A DNA stretch of 63,839 nt, the filler included, from an uncultured Clostridia bacterium (GTDB lineage Bacteria > Aerophobota > Aerophobia > Aerophobales > B3-G15): NCBI GenBank assembly GCA_964482715.1. It is 5 parts of 5 records of this genome, joined end to end, with 100 filler letters (N's around TTAATTAATTAA, not from the genome) between each part and the next. Parts side by side here need not be neighbours in the genome. Positions count along the whole stretch, not along the records: positions 41,175 to 52,927 come from CAYZYX010000042.1; positions 53,028 to 63,839 come from CAYZYX010000044.1; 3 more parts are not named here. One strand, written 5' to 3'. The number at the start of each line of letters is the position of its first letter. Position 1 is the first letter of the stretch. Both the position numbers and the translations under genes were made by a program. Below, in pieces: positions 49,699-60,373 of this stretch. The notes beneath the pieces were generated by a model. The model was not told the DNA's origin. It saw only the letters and a list, made by a program, of their open reading frames with translations, and did no database searches.

Positions 49699-50535
49699 TC
49701 AGGGAAGTAAGAGGTCCATAATTTTGATTAGTGTGGGCCGTATTCCGGCTCTTTCCACTACGAGATCAACAAACCCGTGCTGCAAAAGAGACTCGGCTCT
49801 CTGGAACCCCCTGGGAATTTGCTGTTTGATCGTCTGTTTTATTACTCTTGGACCAGCAAAACCTAAAAGAGCTCCCGGTTCGGCTATAATGATATCCCCC
49901 CTGCTGGCAAAGCTGGCCATTACTCCTCCCATAGTGGGGTGAGTAAGAATAGAGATATAAAGTCCACCTTTACTTTTTAACTCAGCGATAGCAGCACTTG
50001 TCTTTACCATTTGCATGAGCGACAGAACCCCTTCCTGCATCCTGGCACCCCCACCAGAACCCGAGATGATAATCAGAGGGACTCTTTTTTTAATAGCGGT
50101 CTCGATAATTAAGGTTATCTTTTCTCCCACCACCGAACCCATACTTCCACCCATAAACCCGAAATCAGTTACACCCAGCGCAACTTCTCTCTCGCCAATT
50201 TTTGCTTCGCCTATCACTGCCGCTTCATCCAGACCGGTATTCTCGGCGCCTTTTTTTAATTTTTCTTCATATCCGGGGAATCCCAGAGGATTTTCTGGAT
50301 ATATTCTTGAGTCGTATTCTACAAAAGTCCCCTCATCAACAGTTATCTCGATTCTTTTTCGGGCACCAATGTAAAAATGATATCCACACTTTGGACAGAC
50401 CCGCAGGTTTTCATCCAGAGTTTTATTGTAAATGATTTCCGAGCATTCCTCGCATTTGGTCCAGAGACCATCTGGAACTTCGATTTTCTTTTTGCCTCTT
50501 TTTATCCTGTTATAGGTTCTTTCAAGCCATCCCAT
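49699..50535 (-). CDS. accD: acetyl-CoA carboxylase carboxyltransferase beta subunit
   Basis: PDGLWTKC..C...CPKC zinc finger, [22 protein letters not shown]. Confidence 0.96.
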   Translation of the reverse strand: MGWLERTYNRIKRGKKKIEVPDGLWTKCEECSEIIYNKTLDENLRVCPKCGYHFYIGARKRIEITVDEGTFVEYDSRIYPENPLGFPGYEEKLKKGAENTGLDEAAVIGEAKIGEREVALGVTDFGFMGGSMGSVVGEKITLIIETAIKKRVPLIIISGSGGGARMQEGVLSLMQMVKTSAAIAELKSKGGLYISILTHPTMGGVMASFASRGDIIIAEPGALLGFAGPRVIKQTIKQQIPRGFQRAESLLQHGFVDLVVERAGIRPTLIKIMDLLLP

Positions 50536-50570
50536 GTTTTATGCTAACCTTACAGGTATTAACATACTTT

Positions 50571-50966
50571 CTATCTCTTTGAAGTTTGAGGTCTTGCTCT
50601 TGCACCTCTGAGACCGGGTTTTTTCCTTTCTTTCATTCTCGGGTCACGAGTAAGAAGTCCTGCCTTCTTCAAAGCTTTTCTGAGCTCAGGATTTATCCGG
50701 GCAATCACTCGGGCAATACCTAATCTTAAAGCCTCAGCCTGTCCTGTTAAACCGCCCCCTTTTACCTCAGCTTTGACATCAAACCTGCCCAGAAAATCAA
50801 CAAGCTCCAGAGGTTCTCTAATTGCCTTTCTGTATGCCTCCCGGGGAAAGTATTCCTGGAAATCACATCCATTGACGATTATATTGCCCTTTCCTGATTT
50901 AACCCAGACCTTAGCTACGGCTTCCTTTCTTCTACCAGTAGCATAATAACAAATACTTGTCTCCAT
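50571..50966 (-). CDS. rpsI: 30S ribosomal protein S9
   Basis: [33 protein letters not shown]-terminal SKR. Confidence 0.97.
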   Translation of the reverse strand: METSICYYATGRRKEAVAKVWVKSGKGNIIVNGCDFQEYFPREAYRKAIREPLELVDFLGRFDVKAEVKGGGLTGQAEALRLGIARVIARINPELRKALKKAGLLTRDPRMKERKKPGLRGARARPQTSKR

Positions 50967-51011
50967 TTTTTCCCCTTCCTTGTTAATCAGATTATAGTAA
51001 AATTTGGCTAT

Positions 51012-51039
51012 ATAGTAGCAGAATTTTACGAATAGTCAA
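51012..51039 (-). promoter_or_regulatory. promoter upstream of rpsI
   Basis: Minus strand TTGACT-N16-TACTAT with TG extension. Confidence 0.55.
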
Positions 51040-52260
51040 TTAGAATGAAAATGCTTCAGTGGACATTATTCTTTCATCTCTGGTGATTTCATAAATATCT
51101 TCCAGGAGTTTTATATGAACCCTTTTCTGTTCAACGTCTCGTCTTTCAAACATTCTTTTTTGAGTTCTTACCACTGCGGGAAGGTAGTGTTCGGTGACCT
51201 GCCCGAAGCTCCGGGCATAATTACAGAAACTGGGAACATTGGTGGTGACAAATCCGTAGACATAACTTGCTACTCCAATAATCTTCCCGGTAAAAATACT
51301 GGTATTGATAGCTGTCTTTGAGTAATCACCTATAATGCAACCCAAAAACTGCATCCCGGTGGGAATTCTTCTTCCCTGATATTCAATTGTGACCTCTCCA
51401 TAAGTATTTTTCAGATCAGAATTTGATGTTCCAGCACCCATGTTTACCCAGCTTCCTACCCAGCTGTGACCTAAAAAACCATGATGTTGTTTATTAGAAT
51501 AGGGTTCTATAATTGAACATTCTACTTCCCCTCCAACCTTACAGTGATGACCAATATGAGACATTTCCTTTATACTTGTTCTTTCAATGACCTTACAGTT
51601 TTTACCTATGTAAAGTGGTCCCTTAAGATAAACAAAGGGGCCAATGGTGGTGCCTTCATCTATGATTATCCTGCCCTCTTCGGTATCCATACAGACAGTA
51701 GGGTGAATTTTAACATTTGATCCTGTAAAAACCCCGGGAACTTTCTCCTCATAACCCTCTTTCAGTCTTTCAGTATTCTGTTTAAAGAAATCCTTGTTGT
51801 ACTTAATAATTTCAAAAGGATAGTTTATAAGAGGAAATCTCTCTTCCCAGAATTCATAATCCTGACTAAGCAAGAAGTTGGTAATCGAGCGCTCGTTAAA
51901 TTTGCTCAGGTTAAAATCAATCTCGGGGAAAAAAGCGGTACTGACCCGAGAATCAGTCTGGGCCAGAAAGGGTTTTCCTTCTCGTGTTTTGTTTAAAATT
52001 TTCTCTAAAATGCTAAAGAGAGGCAAAAGAGCACCGTTCAAAAAGAGCAGGCTTTTCTCAGTTATTTTTTTTGAGCAGGGAAATTCCTGGATGCTGATTT
52101 CCTCCAGGTACTTACGTAAGATATAAGAGACCCTCAGTCCTTTTAATTTAACCAGATTATACAGATTTGTCCCACAGAGGCTTATGGCAAAAGTGGGTCT
52201 TGCTAAAGTTACCGGTCTTAATTCACCTGCCAGATAATCTTCGAAAATAACTACCTGCAT
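51040..52260 (-). CDS. alternative GlmU-like sugar nucleotidyltransferase/acyltransferase (hexapeptide repeats)
   Basis: L.PVTLARP, left-handed beta-helix, KVGGEV..S, SNKQHHGFLGHS.VGSWVNMGAGT.NSDLKN; follows glmS. Confidence 0.85.
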   Translation of the reverse strand: MQVVIFEDYLAGELRPVTLARPTFAISLCGTNLYNLVKLKGLRVSYILRKYLEEISIQEFPCSKKITEKSLLFLNGALLPLFSILEKILNKTREGKPFLAQTDSRVSTAFFPEIDFNLSKFNERSITNFLLSQDYEFWEERFPLINYPFEIIKYNKDFFKQNTERLKEGYEEKVPGVFTGSNVKIHPTVCMDTEEGRIIIDEGTTIGPFVYLKGPLYIGKNCKVIERTSIKEMSHIGHHCKVGGEVECSIIEPYSNKQHHGFLGHSWVGSWVNMGAGTSNSDLKNTYGEVTIEYQGRRIPTGMQFLGCIIGDYSKTAINTSIFTGKIIGVASYVYGFVTTNVPSFCNYARSFGQVTEHYLPAVVRTQKRMFERRDVEQKRVHIKLLEDIYEITRDERIMSTEAFSF

Positions 52261-52262
52261 TT

Positions 52263-52927
52263 TTATTCCACTGTCACGCTTTTAGCAAGATTGCGGGGTT
52301 TATCCACATCACATCCTCTTTGAACAGCAATGTAGTAGGCCAAAAGTTGCAGGGGAACTACTGAGAGTATGGGTGTGAGGTATGGAGGGGCTGGAGGAAT
52401 AGCAAATCTAAAATCGCTTAAACTGTCCATGTCATGGTTGCCCTGGGTCACTATGGATATTATCTTACCCTTCCGGGCTTTTATTTCAGCCACATTAGAT
52501 TTTACTTTATCCAGAATATGACTCTCAGGAGCAAGAACTACTGTAGGCATATTTTCATCAATAAGAGCGATGGGTCCGTGTTTAAGTTCGGCTGCCTGAA
52601 TACCTTCTGCATGAACATAGGAGATTTCTTTAAGCTTTAAAGCACCTTCAAGAGCTATTGGATATTGATAACTCCTTCCTACATAGAGAAAGTTGGAAAA
52701 ATTTTTGGTAATAGTAGCTATTTCTTCTATTTCGCTCGCTTTTTTAAGTATTTTTTCAACCTGTAGAGGAAGAGCTTCAATGGCGTTTAAAGCAATAAGG
52801 CCATCTCTTCTTGGCAAACCTCTCATTCTACCCAAAAGGATAGACAACATCGTTAAAACGAGAAGTTGTGAAGTAAAAGCCTTGGTAGAGGCTACACCTA
52901 TTTCAGGCCCGGCATGCAGATATATAC
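52263..52927 (-). CDS. glmS: glutamine-fructose-6-phosphate aminotransferase, C-terminal part
   Basis: AGPEIGVASTKAFTSQ, ALEGALKLKEISY, DKPRNLAKSVTVE; open to the gap. Confidence 0.96.
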
Positions 52928-53027
52928 NNNNNNNNNNNNNNNNNNNNNNNNNNNNNNNNNNNNNNNNNNNNTTAATTAATTAANNNNNNNNNNNNNNNNN
53001 NNNNNNNNNNNNNNNNNNNNNNNNNNN
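52928..53027. other. artificial contig linker
   Basis: 44 N + TTAATTAATTAA + 44 N. Confidence 0.98.
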
Positions 53028-53236
53028 AGAAAGTATGCGTTTTCTTCCCTCCACCCATTTTTTTGAAAAGCACCTGACTTGCCAAATCCCTCCTGGAGCA
53101 GGATACATCCTCTTATCAAACATTTTCTCACCACAATTTTTATCATACATCCAACATTTTTTGACAAAATATGAAAAACGGGTTATAAATTATACGGATT
53201 CAAGTTAAAAAATGACCCTTATAAAAGAAATAAAAA

Positions 53237-53554
53237 ATGTTATCCAAATTTGAACAGGAAATAGAGCTTTTAGGAAGACATCTTGCAATTTTGAGGCTGG
53301 TCATTAACCAGGGACCTATAGGGATTATAAAGCTTTCTGAATTGAGCGGTTTCCCTCAACACAAAGTGAGATACTCGTTGAGAGTGTTAGAACAGCAGAA
53401 CCTTATAAAAGCTTCCTCCCATGGAGCTACGGCTACTTTAAAAGCAAAAAAGTTCATGAGGACGTTACCTGGCAGAATAAAAAGATTAAACAGAAAGATT
53501 AAAAGTCTTGAGACTTTAGAAAATTTTACCTCACGTACTCGAAGAGTTTTGTAA
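53237..53554 (+). CDS. small winged-helix protein resembling an archaeal conserved family (COG3388-like)
   Basis: E.ELL.RHL.IL..V....PIGIIKLSE..G.P.HKVRYSLRVLEQ..LI..S..GA. Confidence 0.8.
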   Translation: MLSKFEQEIELLGRHLAILRLVINQGPIGIIKLSELSGFPQHKVRYSLRVLEQQNLIKASSHGATATLKAKKFMRTLPGRIKRLNRKIKSLETLENFTSRTRRVL

Positions 53555-53836
53555 TTGTTAATACCAAAAATCAAATCTCAAATCCACTTTGACAAAATTG
53601 TTAAAGGCAACTGTATCAATACCTCACCATTTTTAATTAAGACATTAATGTAATAAAATCTTGTTCTGACACTTTTCCAATTTCAGTTCCTGCATATGTC
53701 AAAGGTAATCCAAAGTTTCCAACTTTGGTGAGAGGATAGAGAAAAATTGACACAACCTTGAAAAGAAATTAGTATAATTTTAAAATCCTGGTAATTGCTC
53801 CAAACCAAACACAAAATATTTTAAGAGGATAATTTC

Positions 53837-54697
53837 ATGAAAAAGAGCATAAGCTGGTGGTCCTTTCCAGGGGTTCTTTCCGGCGAGCCTGAATTGAACT
53901 TAGGGGAATGTATGCAACTGGCAAAGGATGCAGGATTTGAGGGAATAGAGCTCTCAATGGACGAGGAAGGAGTTATAAATCTTCACTCCACCAGAAAAGA
54001 AATGGAAGATATTCTTAAGCTCTCAAAAGAAATCGGTATAGAGATAAGCAGTCTGGCAACTGGTCTTTTGTGGAAATACACTTTAACAAGCAGTGATGAA
54101 AAAGCTCGAAAGAAAGCTAAAGATGTGATAAAAAAATTGTTAGAACTGGCATCTTACCTGAAAGTGGACACTGTCCTGGTAATTCCCGGGGCAGTTGACG
54201 TCTTTTTTGACCCTTCGGCCGAGATTGTACCCTATGACATTGCTTACCAAAGAGCCTGTGAATCTTTGAGGGATTGCCTTAAAACAGCAGAAAAGTACAG
54301 AGTGATAATAGGAGTTGAGAATGTCTGGAATAAATTCCTGCTCAGTCCCTTAGAGTTTAGAGACTTCATAGATAAATTTGAATCCCCATATATTGGAGCA
54401 TACTTTGATGTGGGGAATGTCCTTTTAACCGGGTATCCGGAACACTGGATAAAAATCCTTGGAAAGAGAATAAAAAAGGTTCATATAAAGGATTTTAGAA
54501 GGGAAGCAGGAGGTATAAAAGGATTTGTTGATCTTCTGGAGGGCGATGTAAACTGGAAGAAGGTCATCTCAGCCTTGAAAGATGTTGGTTATGACGATTA
54601 TATTACTGCAGAGATTATACCTGCTTATTCGCACTATCCTGAAGTTTTGATTTACAATACTTCACGTAGTATGGATTACATTCTGGGAAGAGTATAA
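53837..54697 (+). CDS. sugar phosphate isomerase/epimerase (AP_endonuc_2 TIM barrel)
   Basis: AKDAGFEGIE, ENVWNKFL, YFDVGN, HIKDF. Confidence 0.92.
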   Translation: MKKSISWWSFPGVLSGEPELNLGECMQLAKDAGFEGIELSMDEEGVINLHSTRKEMEDILKLSKEIGIEISSLATGLLWKYTLTSSDEKARKKAKDVIKKLLELASYLKVDTVLVIPGAVDVFFDPSAEIVPYDIAYQRACESLRDCLKTAEKYRVIIGVENVWNKFLLSPLEFRDFIDKFESPYIGAYFDVGNVLLTGYPEHWIKILGKRIKKVHIKDFRREAGGIKGFVDLLEGDVNWKKVISALKDVGYDDYITAEIIPAYSHYPEVLIYNTSRSMDYILGRV

Positions 54698-54717
54698 AAA
54701 GACAGGAGATAAAACCA

Positions 54718-55734
54718 ATGACAAAAGTGGCCATTGTGGGAGCAGGTTTTATGGGGGGTATGCATGCCCAGGTTTACCATATACTGCCCGAGGCAAAACT
54801 CACAGCTATAATTGATATCGATCAGGATAGGGCCGATAAACTGGCCAGGAAATTTGAAGCTAAAAGTTACTCAAGTCTGAAAGAAGCTTTAAAAAAGGAG
54901 GACATAGATGCGGTGGATATTTGTCTTCCCACCTTTCTCCATCCTCAATATGTCATTGAAGCAGTGAGAGCTGAAAAAAATGTTTTTTGTGAAAAACCAA
55001 TAGCTTTAACTCTTGAAGCTGCAGATAGGATGATAGAAGAAGTTGAAAAAAAGGGCGTCAAGTTTATGGTTGGTCATGTCTTGCGTTTTTGGCCCGAATA
55101 CGTAAAGATAAAAGAAATTCAGGAAAGTGGAAAATTGGGGAAACTCATATGGGTAACCTGCACACGCTTAAGCCCTGCTCCTACCTGGGCCTGGCAAGGC
55201 TGGTTAACCGATGTAAAAAGAAGTGGAGGAGCACTGGTGGACCTCCACATCCATGATATAGACTTTCTTCTCTATCTTCTTGGTAGACCCTCCTCTGTGT
55301 ACTGCCAGTCGGCGGGTAAATCCTCCTCTTACAATCATGTTTTCACAACCTTAAGTTTTCCTGAAGGCGAAATTGGCTTTGCCGAGGGTGGGTGGGATAT
55401 GCCAGCTGAGTTTCCTTTTACCATGAGTTGTTCCTGTCTTTTTGAAAAAGGGGCTCTGGAGTTTAACAATCGATATGAAAAAACTCTAATCCTCTATTCT
55501 GAGGGAAAAGAGCCCGAGTATCCCCCGGTTGAAACTCAAGCCGAGCTTAAGGCTGACGTAGAAGGCAATATTGCCGAGCTTGGTGGGTATTTTTCTGAAA
55601 TAAAATACTTCATTGATTGTCTGGAAAAAAATCGTAACCCTGAAATTGCAGGAGCTAAGATTGCAAGAGAAGCCTTAGAGGTAGTGCTTCTTGCAAAAAA
55701 ATCGCTTGAAACTCATAATGTTGTAGAAGTTTGA
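54718..55734 (+). CDS. Gfo/Idh/MocA-family oxidoreductase
   Basis: GAGFMG, FCEKP, SGGALVDLHIHDID. Confidence 0.93.
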   Translation: MTKVAIVGAGFMGGMHAQVYHILPEAKLTAIIDIDQDRADKLARKFEAKSYSSLKEALKKEDIDAVDICLPTFLHPQYVIEAVRAEKNVFCEKPIALTLEAADRMIEEVEKKGVKFMVGHVLRFWPEYVKIKEIQESGKLGKLIWVTCTRLSPAPTWAWQGWLTDVKRSGGALVDLHIHDIDFLLYLLGRPSSVYCQSAGKSSSYNHVFTTLSFPEGEIGFAEGGWDMPAEFPFTMSCSCLFEKGALEFNNRYEKTLILYSEGKEPEYPPVETQAELKADVEGNIAELGGYFSEIKYFIDCLEKNRNPEIAGAKIAREALEVVLLAKKSLETHNVVEV

Positions 55735-55754
55735 TTGAAAAGGAAAACTTCTGG

Positions 55755-57047
55755 TCAAGTTTTCTCTTTTTCCCAGCGTAAAAGCTCCATGACACTGGAA
55801 AGGGTTCCTCCTTCCTTTATTTCTTTCCTGATACGATTTTCTCTCTCCAGAACATCCATGGCCCTGTTGACTATCTCAGCTGCTTTTGTTTGAGGAACCA
55901 CAACCAATCCATCTTCGTCACCCACAATCCAATCCTCAGTAAAAATAAACTTACCCTCGATTTTTAATGGAACTCCTATCTCTCCAAATCCTTTGGGTTC
56001 TCCAGCCACGGGAGTAATAAGCCTGGCATAGGCTGGAAATTTTAGTTTTTTGATCTCCTCCACATCTCTTATCGCTCCGTAGATAACCACCCCTCCCAGA
56101 CCCTTCCGAACAGCTGAATGAGTAGCCAGTTCTCCCCATACAGCTGGTCCACTTCCCCCTGCATCAATAACCAAAACCTGACCTTTTTCGGCCTTATCAA
56201 TAGCCTCTACCGGTTTAGCCCAATCCCCGGGGTAGGTTCTTACAGTTAACACTTTTCCCACCATTTTTTCCCAGTCACCGATCTTTTTAAACCCTCCCAG
56301 TTCACCACCTCTATGCATGGCATCAGAGATATTGGCTGTGGATACTCGCCTTAGTATGGAAGAAACCTCTGAATCAGAAACTCTCTTGAAAAACTCGGTG
56401 GGTATTATTTTTTTCTCCTCAATGGCCTTCTTTATAGTTAAGGTTGCTTCGCGGGGGTCTTCTGCTTTACAAATTGCACCTCCCACTATTAAAACTGTAG
56501 CACCTGCCTGAATAATCGGTGCCGCGGTTTCAGAATTTATTCCTCCAGCAACGGCAATTGGAAGATTTATCTTTCCCGTAATTTCTTTAAGAAAAACCAG
56601 AGGGTCCTCTCCTCTCATTTGAGCATCAATTGAAATGTGAATTTCCACCATATCAACTCCCATTTCCTCCACTTCTTTACCCCTCTTGAGAGGGGAAGAG
56701 ACATTCATCAGGTCTACCACCACTTTGCCTCCGTAGTTTTTTGCAGCACGAACACACTCTTCAATGGTTGAATCGGAGGCTACACCCATTACACAGACCA
56801 TATCCGCTCCTGCCTTAAAGGCAAGCTCAGTCTCTATTCTGCCCACATCCATTATTTTTAAATCCGCCACAATAGGAATTTGGGGAAAATTTTTCCGTAA
56901 AATCCTGATACACTCCATCCCTTCACTTTTAATGAGAGGGGTTCCAGCCTCCAGCCAATCAGCACCACCCTCCACAGCCTGCCGGGCAACTTTTAAAGCC
57001 CTTTTTAAATTAACAAAATCCAGTGCCACTTGCAAAACAGGTTTCAT
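55755..57047 (-). CDS. hxlA: 3-hexulose-6-phosphate synthase fused to an RraA/HMG-aldolase-like domain
   Basis: LQVALD, EAGTPLIK, VADLKIMD, AGGIN; C-terminal STANISDA, AVWGELA, GAIRD, GDEDGLVVVP. Confidence 0.88.
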   Translation of the reverse strand: MKPVLQVALDFVNLKRALKVARQAVEGGADWLEAGTPLIKSEGMECIRILRKNFPQIPIVADLKIMDVGRIETELAFKAGADMVCVMGVASDSTIEECVRAAKNYGGKVVVDLMNVSSPLKRGKEVEEMGVDMVEIHISIDAQMRGEDPLVFLKEITGKINLPIAVAGGINSETAAPIIQAGATVLIVGGAICKAEDPREATLTIKKAIEEKKIIPTEFFKRVSDSEVSSILRRVSTANISDAMHRGGELGGFKKIGDWEKMVGKVLTVRTYPGDWAKPVEAIDKAEKGQVLVIDAGGSGPAVWGELATHSAVRKGLGGVVIYGAIRDVEEIKKLKFPAYARLITPVAGEPKGFGEIGVPLKIEGKFIFTEDWIVGDEDGLVVVPQTKAAEIVNRAMDVLERENRIRKEIKEGGTLSSVMELLRWEKEKT

Positions 57048-57132
57048 GATTTTTTCCTTTTTGTCTGCAATTTTTAATTCTGATTCGGGATATAAATAAT
57101 TATACCAAAAATCTGGTTTTGGGTAAATTTTT

Positions 57133-58281
57133 TTATATAAGATCGCTATAAATCTTTTCCATTTTTGAAATGCTTAATCTTATATCATGTTTCTTAGCCA
57201 GAGAAAAAGAGACCTCCTGCATGGATTTTCTCAGTTCCGGGTTACCAAGAATTTTTTTAATTTTTTCAACAGGGTCCCGAACGTTTTCCAGACTGAAAAG
57301 ATATCCATTATAACCTTCTAAAACCAGCTCTCGCGCTGCGTTTTCTTCGCTCTCAGCCACAAGTAAAGGATTACCCATGGCAAGAGCTTCCAGGCAAGCT
57401 ATACATTGAAGCTCATAAAAAGATGGTAAAATAAAGATAAGAGCCTCCCTGTAAGCACAAAGAAGCTCATCCAGGGGTAAAAAACCAGCTAAAATCACCG
57501 ATGAGATGAGGTCCATGGTTATTATTTTTTTATGAAGCTTTTGTTTTAATTCTCCCTGACCTACTATTAATAGCTTAAGTTCCGGGGCTTCCTTTTTTAA
57601 AGCCGAGGCAATCTTTAAGAGATATTCCACGTTTTTTTCCCGACTCAACCTTCCCACATAAAGGATGAATGGGTGATTAGTCAGCGAGAACTTTTTCCGG
57701 AATTCTTGAATCTTAAAAGCAGGAACAGAAAAGTAATTGAAGACATCCAGGTTAACTCCGTTACTCACAACCTCTATTTTTCGCCTACAATAACGAGATA
57801 GAATTTTTTTCCCCAATAGGGAGGGGCTTATCAGGAGATCGGCATTATTATAAAAAAAAGAAAACCAGACCCTTAGCGGTCTTTCAAGTAAAGAAAAAAA
57901 TGTATTTCCTACCGGTAAAACATTTCCCGTTTGCACGTGAATTCCTGCTATTTTGGGAATATTAAGATTTTTACAGGCCACAAAAACTTGCCAACCGAGG
58001 AAAGTGGGCAAATTGACCTGAACAACTTCAATTTTTCTTTCCTTTAAGATAGCTTGAATCCTGGTATAAAGTTGAACCGCAAAGTATCCCTTTTTTGGAA
58101 CAAATAAACCGGGAAATCTGATAATTTCAATTCCTTCCTCTCTGGGAGGAGCGGGTACCCTGGAAGTTAAAACAAGCAATTTGTGGCCACGTCTGGCGAG
58201 CTCCCGGCAAAGATTCTGAGTAGCTATTCCCTCTCCCCCCCAGGCTGGAAAAGCCTGATCAGAAACCACGCATATCCTCAT
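57133..58281 (-). CDS. GT4 glycosyltransferase (diacylglycerol glucosyltransferase-like)
   Basis: VSNGV, YVGRLSREKN, PSFYELQCIACLEALA. Confidence 0.88.
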   Translation of the reverse strand: MRICVVSDQAFPAWGGEGIATQNLCRELARRGHKLLVLTSRVPAPPREEGIEIIRFPGLFVPKKGYFAVQLYTRIQAILKERKIEVVQVNLPTFLGWQVFVACKNLNIPKIAGIHVQTGNVLPVGNTFFSLLERPLRVWFSFFYNNADLLISPSLLGKKILSRYCRRKIEVVSNGVNLDVFNYFSVPAFKIQEFRKKFSLTNHPFILYVGRLSREKNVEYLLKIASALKKEAPELKLLIVGQGELKQKLHKKIITMDLISSVILAGFLPLDELLCAYREALIFILPSFYELQCIACLEALAMGNPLLVAESEENAARELVLEGYNGYLFSLENVRDPVEKIKKILGNPELRKSMQEVSFSLAKKHDIRLSISKMEKIYSDLI

Positions 58282-59281
58282 TTTTTCTTCTTCCCCAGAA
58301 GTACTTCACTCCCATATGAAGCCCGATAACACCGGCTGCTGCCACCATCATAAGATCCGTAATCCTTACCATTAAACTGTAAGCAAGTGCTCTTTCTGAT
58401 TTCACGCCAATTAAACCAAATATACCAACTTCTCCCCATTCAAAAATTCCGAGGGCTCCAGGAGTAAACTGAAGGGCAAGAAGTAAATGGGTGAGGGCAA
58501 AAAGAAGAGCAAGCTGGGAAAGATTAAAAAGGGTATTTAAAAAATAAAAGAAAATTGCCGGTTTAACGAAAACCAACCCACCAATGAGAAGATTTAAAAA
58601 AAATGCCCTGAGAGTTTTTTTTCCATATTTGCCAAAGGCCGAATAAATTTCTCTTTCCAACCTGAGTACAGTAGGCATGGCTATTCTTACAATTTTTTTA
58701 AAGGGCTTTACCTTTCCAACAAGAGCTACTACAGTGGAAAAAGGCCTGGTTCTCCAGACAAAGCCCACCAGAAGAAGTACCATAACTCCAACTAAAGCTG
58801 CATTTATAAATACGAGAATAACAAAAAGCTGCCAGGGAAGGGAATATCTTATTAAAACAAATATACTTCCCATTAAAATATAAAATAACCCGGCTCCCAG
58901 TTCAAGAAATTTGTCTACTACAACGGTAGCTCCTATTCTTGTCATGGAGACACCATACTTTTTACCCAGAAGATAGATTCTTATGGGTTCTCCTCCAACA
59001 TACATGGAAGGGGTAAGATAGCTCACAGCAAAACCTATTGTTTTTATTTTTAAAACATCCCAGAATGGAAGGTAATGTCCATAAGCTCTGAGAATAATTT
59101 GCCAGGATATCCCGCCAACTACCATTATGAGTATGGCATTGCCTACAAATACCCCGATTCCCAGGGGACCCACTTTCACCATATGGGAAAAAACCAGAGT
59201 TGCATTAACAAGATAAAAAATTAAAAATAAAAGAATAACACCAATTATAGTAGAGACAATGATTAAAAAGCGCCTTTTCAT
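58259..59281 (-). CDS. lysylphosphatidylglycerol-synthase TM-domain / flippase-like membrane protein
   Basis: SYLTPS..GGEP.R, TPGALGIFE; multiple TM helices. Confidence 0.88.
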   Translation of the reverse strand: MKRRFLIIVSTIIGVILLFLIFYLVNATLVFSHMVKVGPLGIGVFVGNAILIMVVGGISWQIILRAYGHYLPFWDVLKIKTIGFAVSYLTPSMYVGGEPIRIYLLGKKYGVSMTRIGATVVVDKFLELGAGLFYILMGSIFVLIRYSLPWQLFVILVFINAALVGVMVLLLVGFVWRTRPFSTVVALVGKVKPFKKIVRIAMPTVLRLEREIYSAFGKYGKKTLRAFFLNLLIGGLVFVKPAIFFYFLNTLFNLSQLALLFALTHLLLALQFTPGALGIFEWGEVGIFGLIGVKSERALAYSLMVRITDLMMVAAAGVIGLHMGVKYFWGRRKNEDMRGF

Positions 59282-60348
59282 CTACCAAATACCACTTCCA
59301 TAAATCTATTCTCTGCCTCACCCGGTTCAATTTTTACTTTGATCCCTGGATATTCCTCCGCTTTCTTCACATCTCGCGAAAGCCAAAGCTTATCCTGAGA
59401 AACACTGTAAAAATTTCCCTTGCGAGTGTGGTAATAAGCAAGATAGATCTGTTCGGTTTGCCCCGGAGTAGGAATAAGCAAAGCTTTTTTGCCCAGAAAG
59501 GCAAGTTCCATCAAGGTAGTGTATCCGGGGCGGGTTATTATTAAACGAGACCGATTCATGGTTTCTTCTTGTTTTTTTCGATTGAGATAACCAAAAACGG
59601 TGACATTGGGAGAAAGTTCAAAAATTCTTTTATCTTCTGGTTTTCCAAGAGTAACAACTACTTTGCCCTTTAAGTTCAAAATTTGGGACATGATCTTTTT
59701 TTCCAGAATGGTCCTCTGAGGCTCAGGACCTGAAATAGAAACAAAATAATCAATATTTTCGGGTAAAGGTAGCTTTCTTAAATCGCAGATAGGTCCAATA
59801 TATTCAACCTTATCTTCCTTGAAATAGTTAAGGTTATGGGAAAGTTCTCCACTCAATCCGTTATCTTTCCAGTCAGGGACAACAAATTTGTGAAAGTTTT
59901 TCTTAAAAAGATAGTTGAATCCTTCAGTTGCCAGTTCAAAGATCTTTATTCTTCCTGGAGCTATAAATCTCAGTTGGTGAAAAATAAAAAAAGAAGGTAT
60001 ATCAGGATGATAAACACCAAATCTACTATCAGAAATAATTCTCTGATAGCCGTTTTCCTTAAGAAGTGCTCTTATCTTTCTGTGTTCACTGGCTATTTCA
60101 TTTAAATACAGGGGGAAGCGGCCAACAAATTTGGGCACAGAAAAATCTTTTTCTGAGTAAACCGGGGAATAATCAGAAAGTTCAATGTATTGACATCGGT
60201 CACCTATTTCATCACGTATAAGCTGCAAAGACCGACCCTTCCCTACGACTGAAACCTGATGGCCGGTCTCCAGTATCTTCTTTATAAGGGGTAGGTCCCT
60301 AACTGCATGACCCAGACCCCAGGAGCATACCCCGAACAGTACTTTCAT
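59278..60348 (-). CDS. GT28-like glycosyltransferase
   Basis: WGLGHA.R, ISGPEPQR, RPGYTTLME, IPTPGQTEQ. Confidence 0.88.
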   Translation of the reverse strand: MKVLFGVCSWGLGHAVRDLPLIKKILETGHQVSVVGKGRSLQLIRDEIGDRCQYIELSDYSPVYSEKDFSVPKFVGRFPLYLNEIASEHRKIRALLKENGYQRIISDSRFGVYHPDIPSFFIFHQLRFIAPGRIKIFELATEGFNYLFKKNFHKFVVPDWKDNGLSGELSHNLNYFKEDKVEYIGPICDLRKLPLPENIDYFVSISGPEPQRTILEKKIMSQILNLKGKVVVTLGKPEDKRIFELSPNVTVFGYLNRKKQEETMNRSRLIITRPGYTTLMELAFLGKKALLIPTPGQTEQIYLAYYHTRKGNFYSVSQDKLWLSRDVKKAEEYPGIKVKIEPGEAENRFMEVVFGR

Positions 60349-60373
60349 TTTTTTAAGAAAATAAGAGAGGCCT

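Noticed and set aside
53028-53123. Possible gene start on the minus strand (MFDKRMYPAPGGIWQV...) cut by the gap
   Set aside because: Only 32 codons; nothing identifiable
53585-53735. Scattered inverted repeats (CTTTGACA/TGTCAAAG; CCAAAGTT/AACTTTGG)
   Set aside because: They do not assemble into a consistent fold and lie upstream of the next promoter
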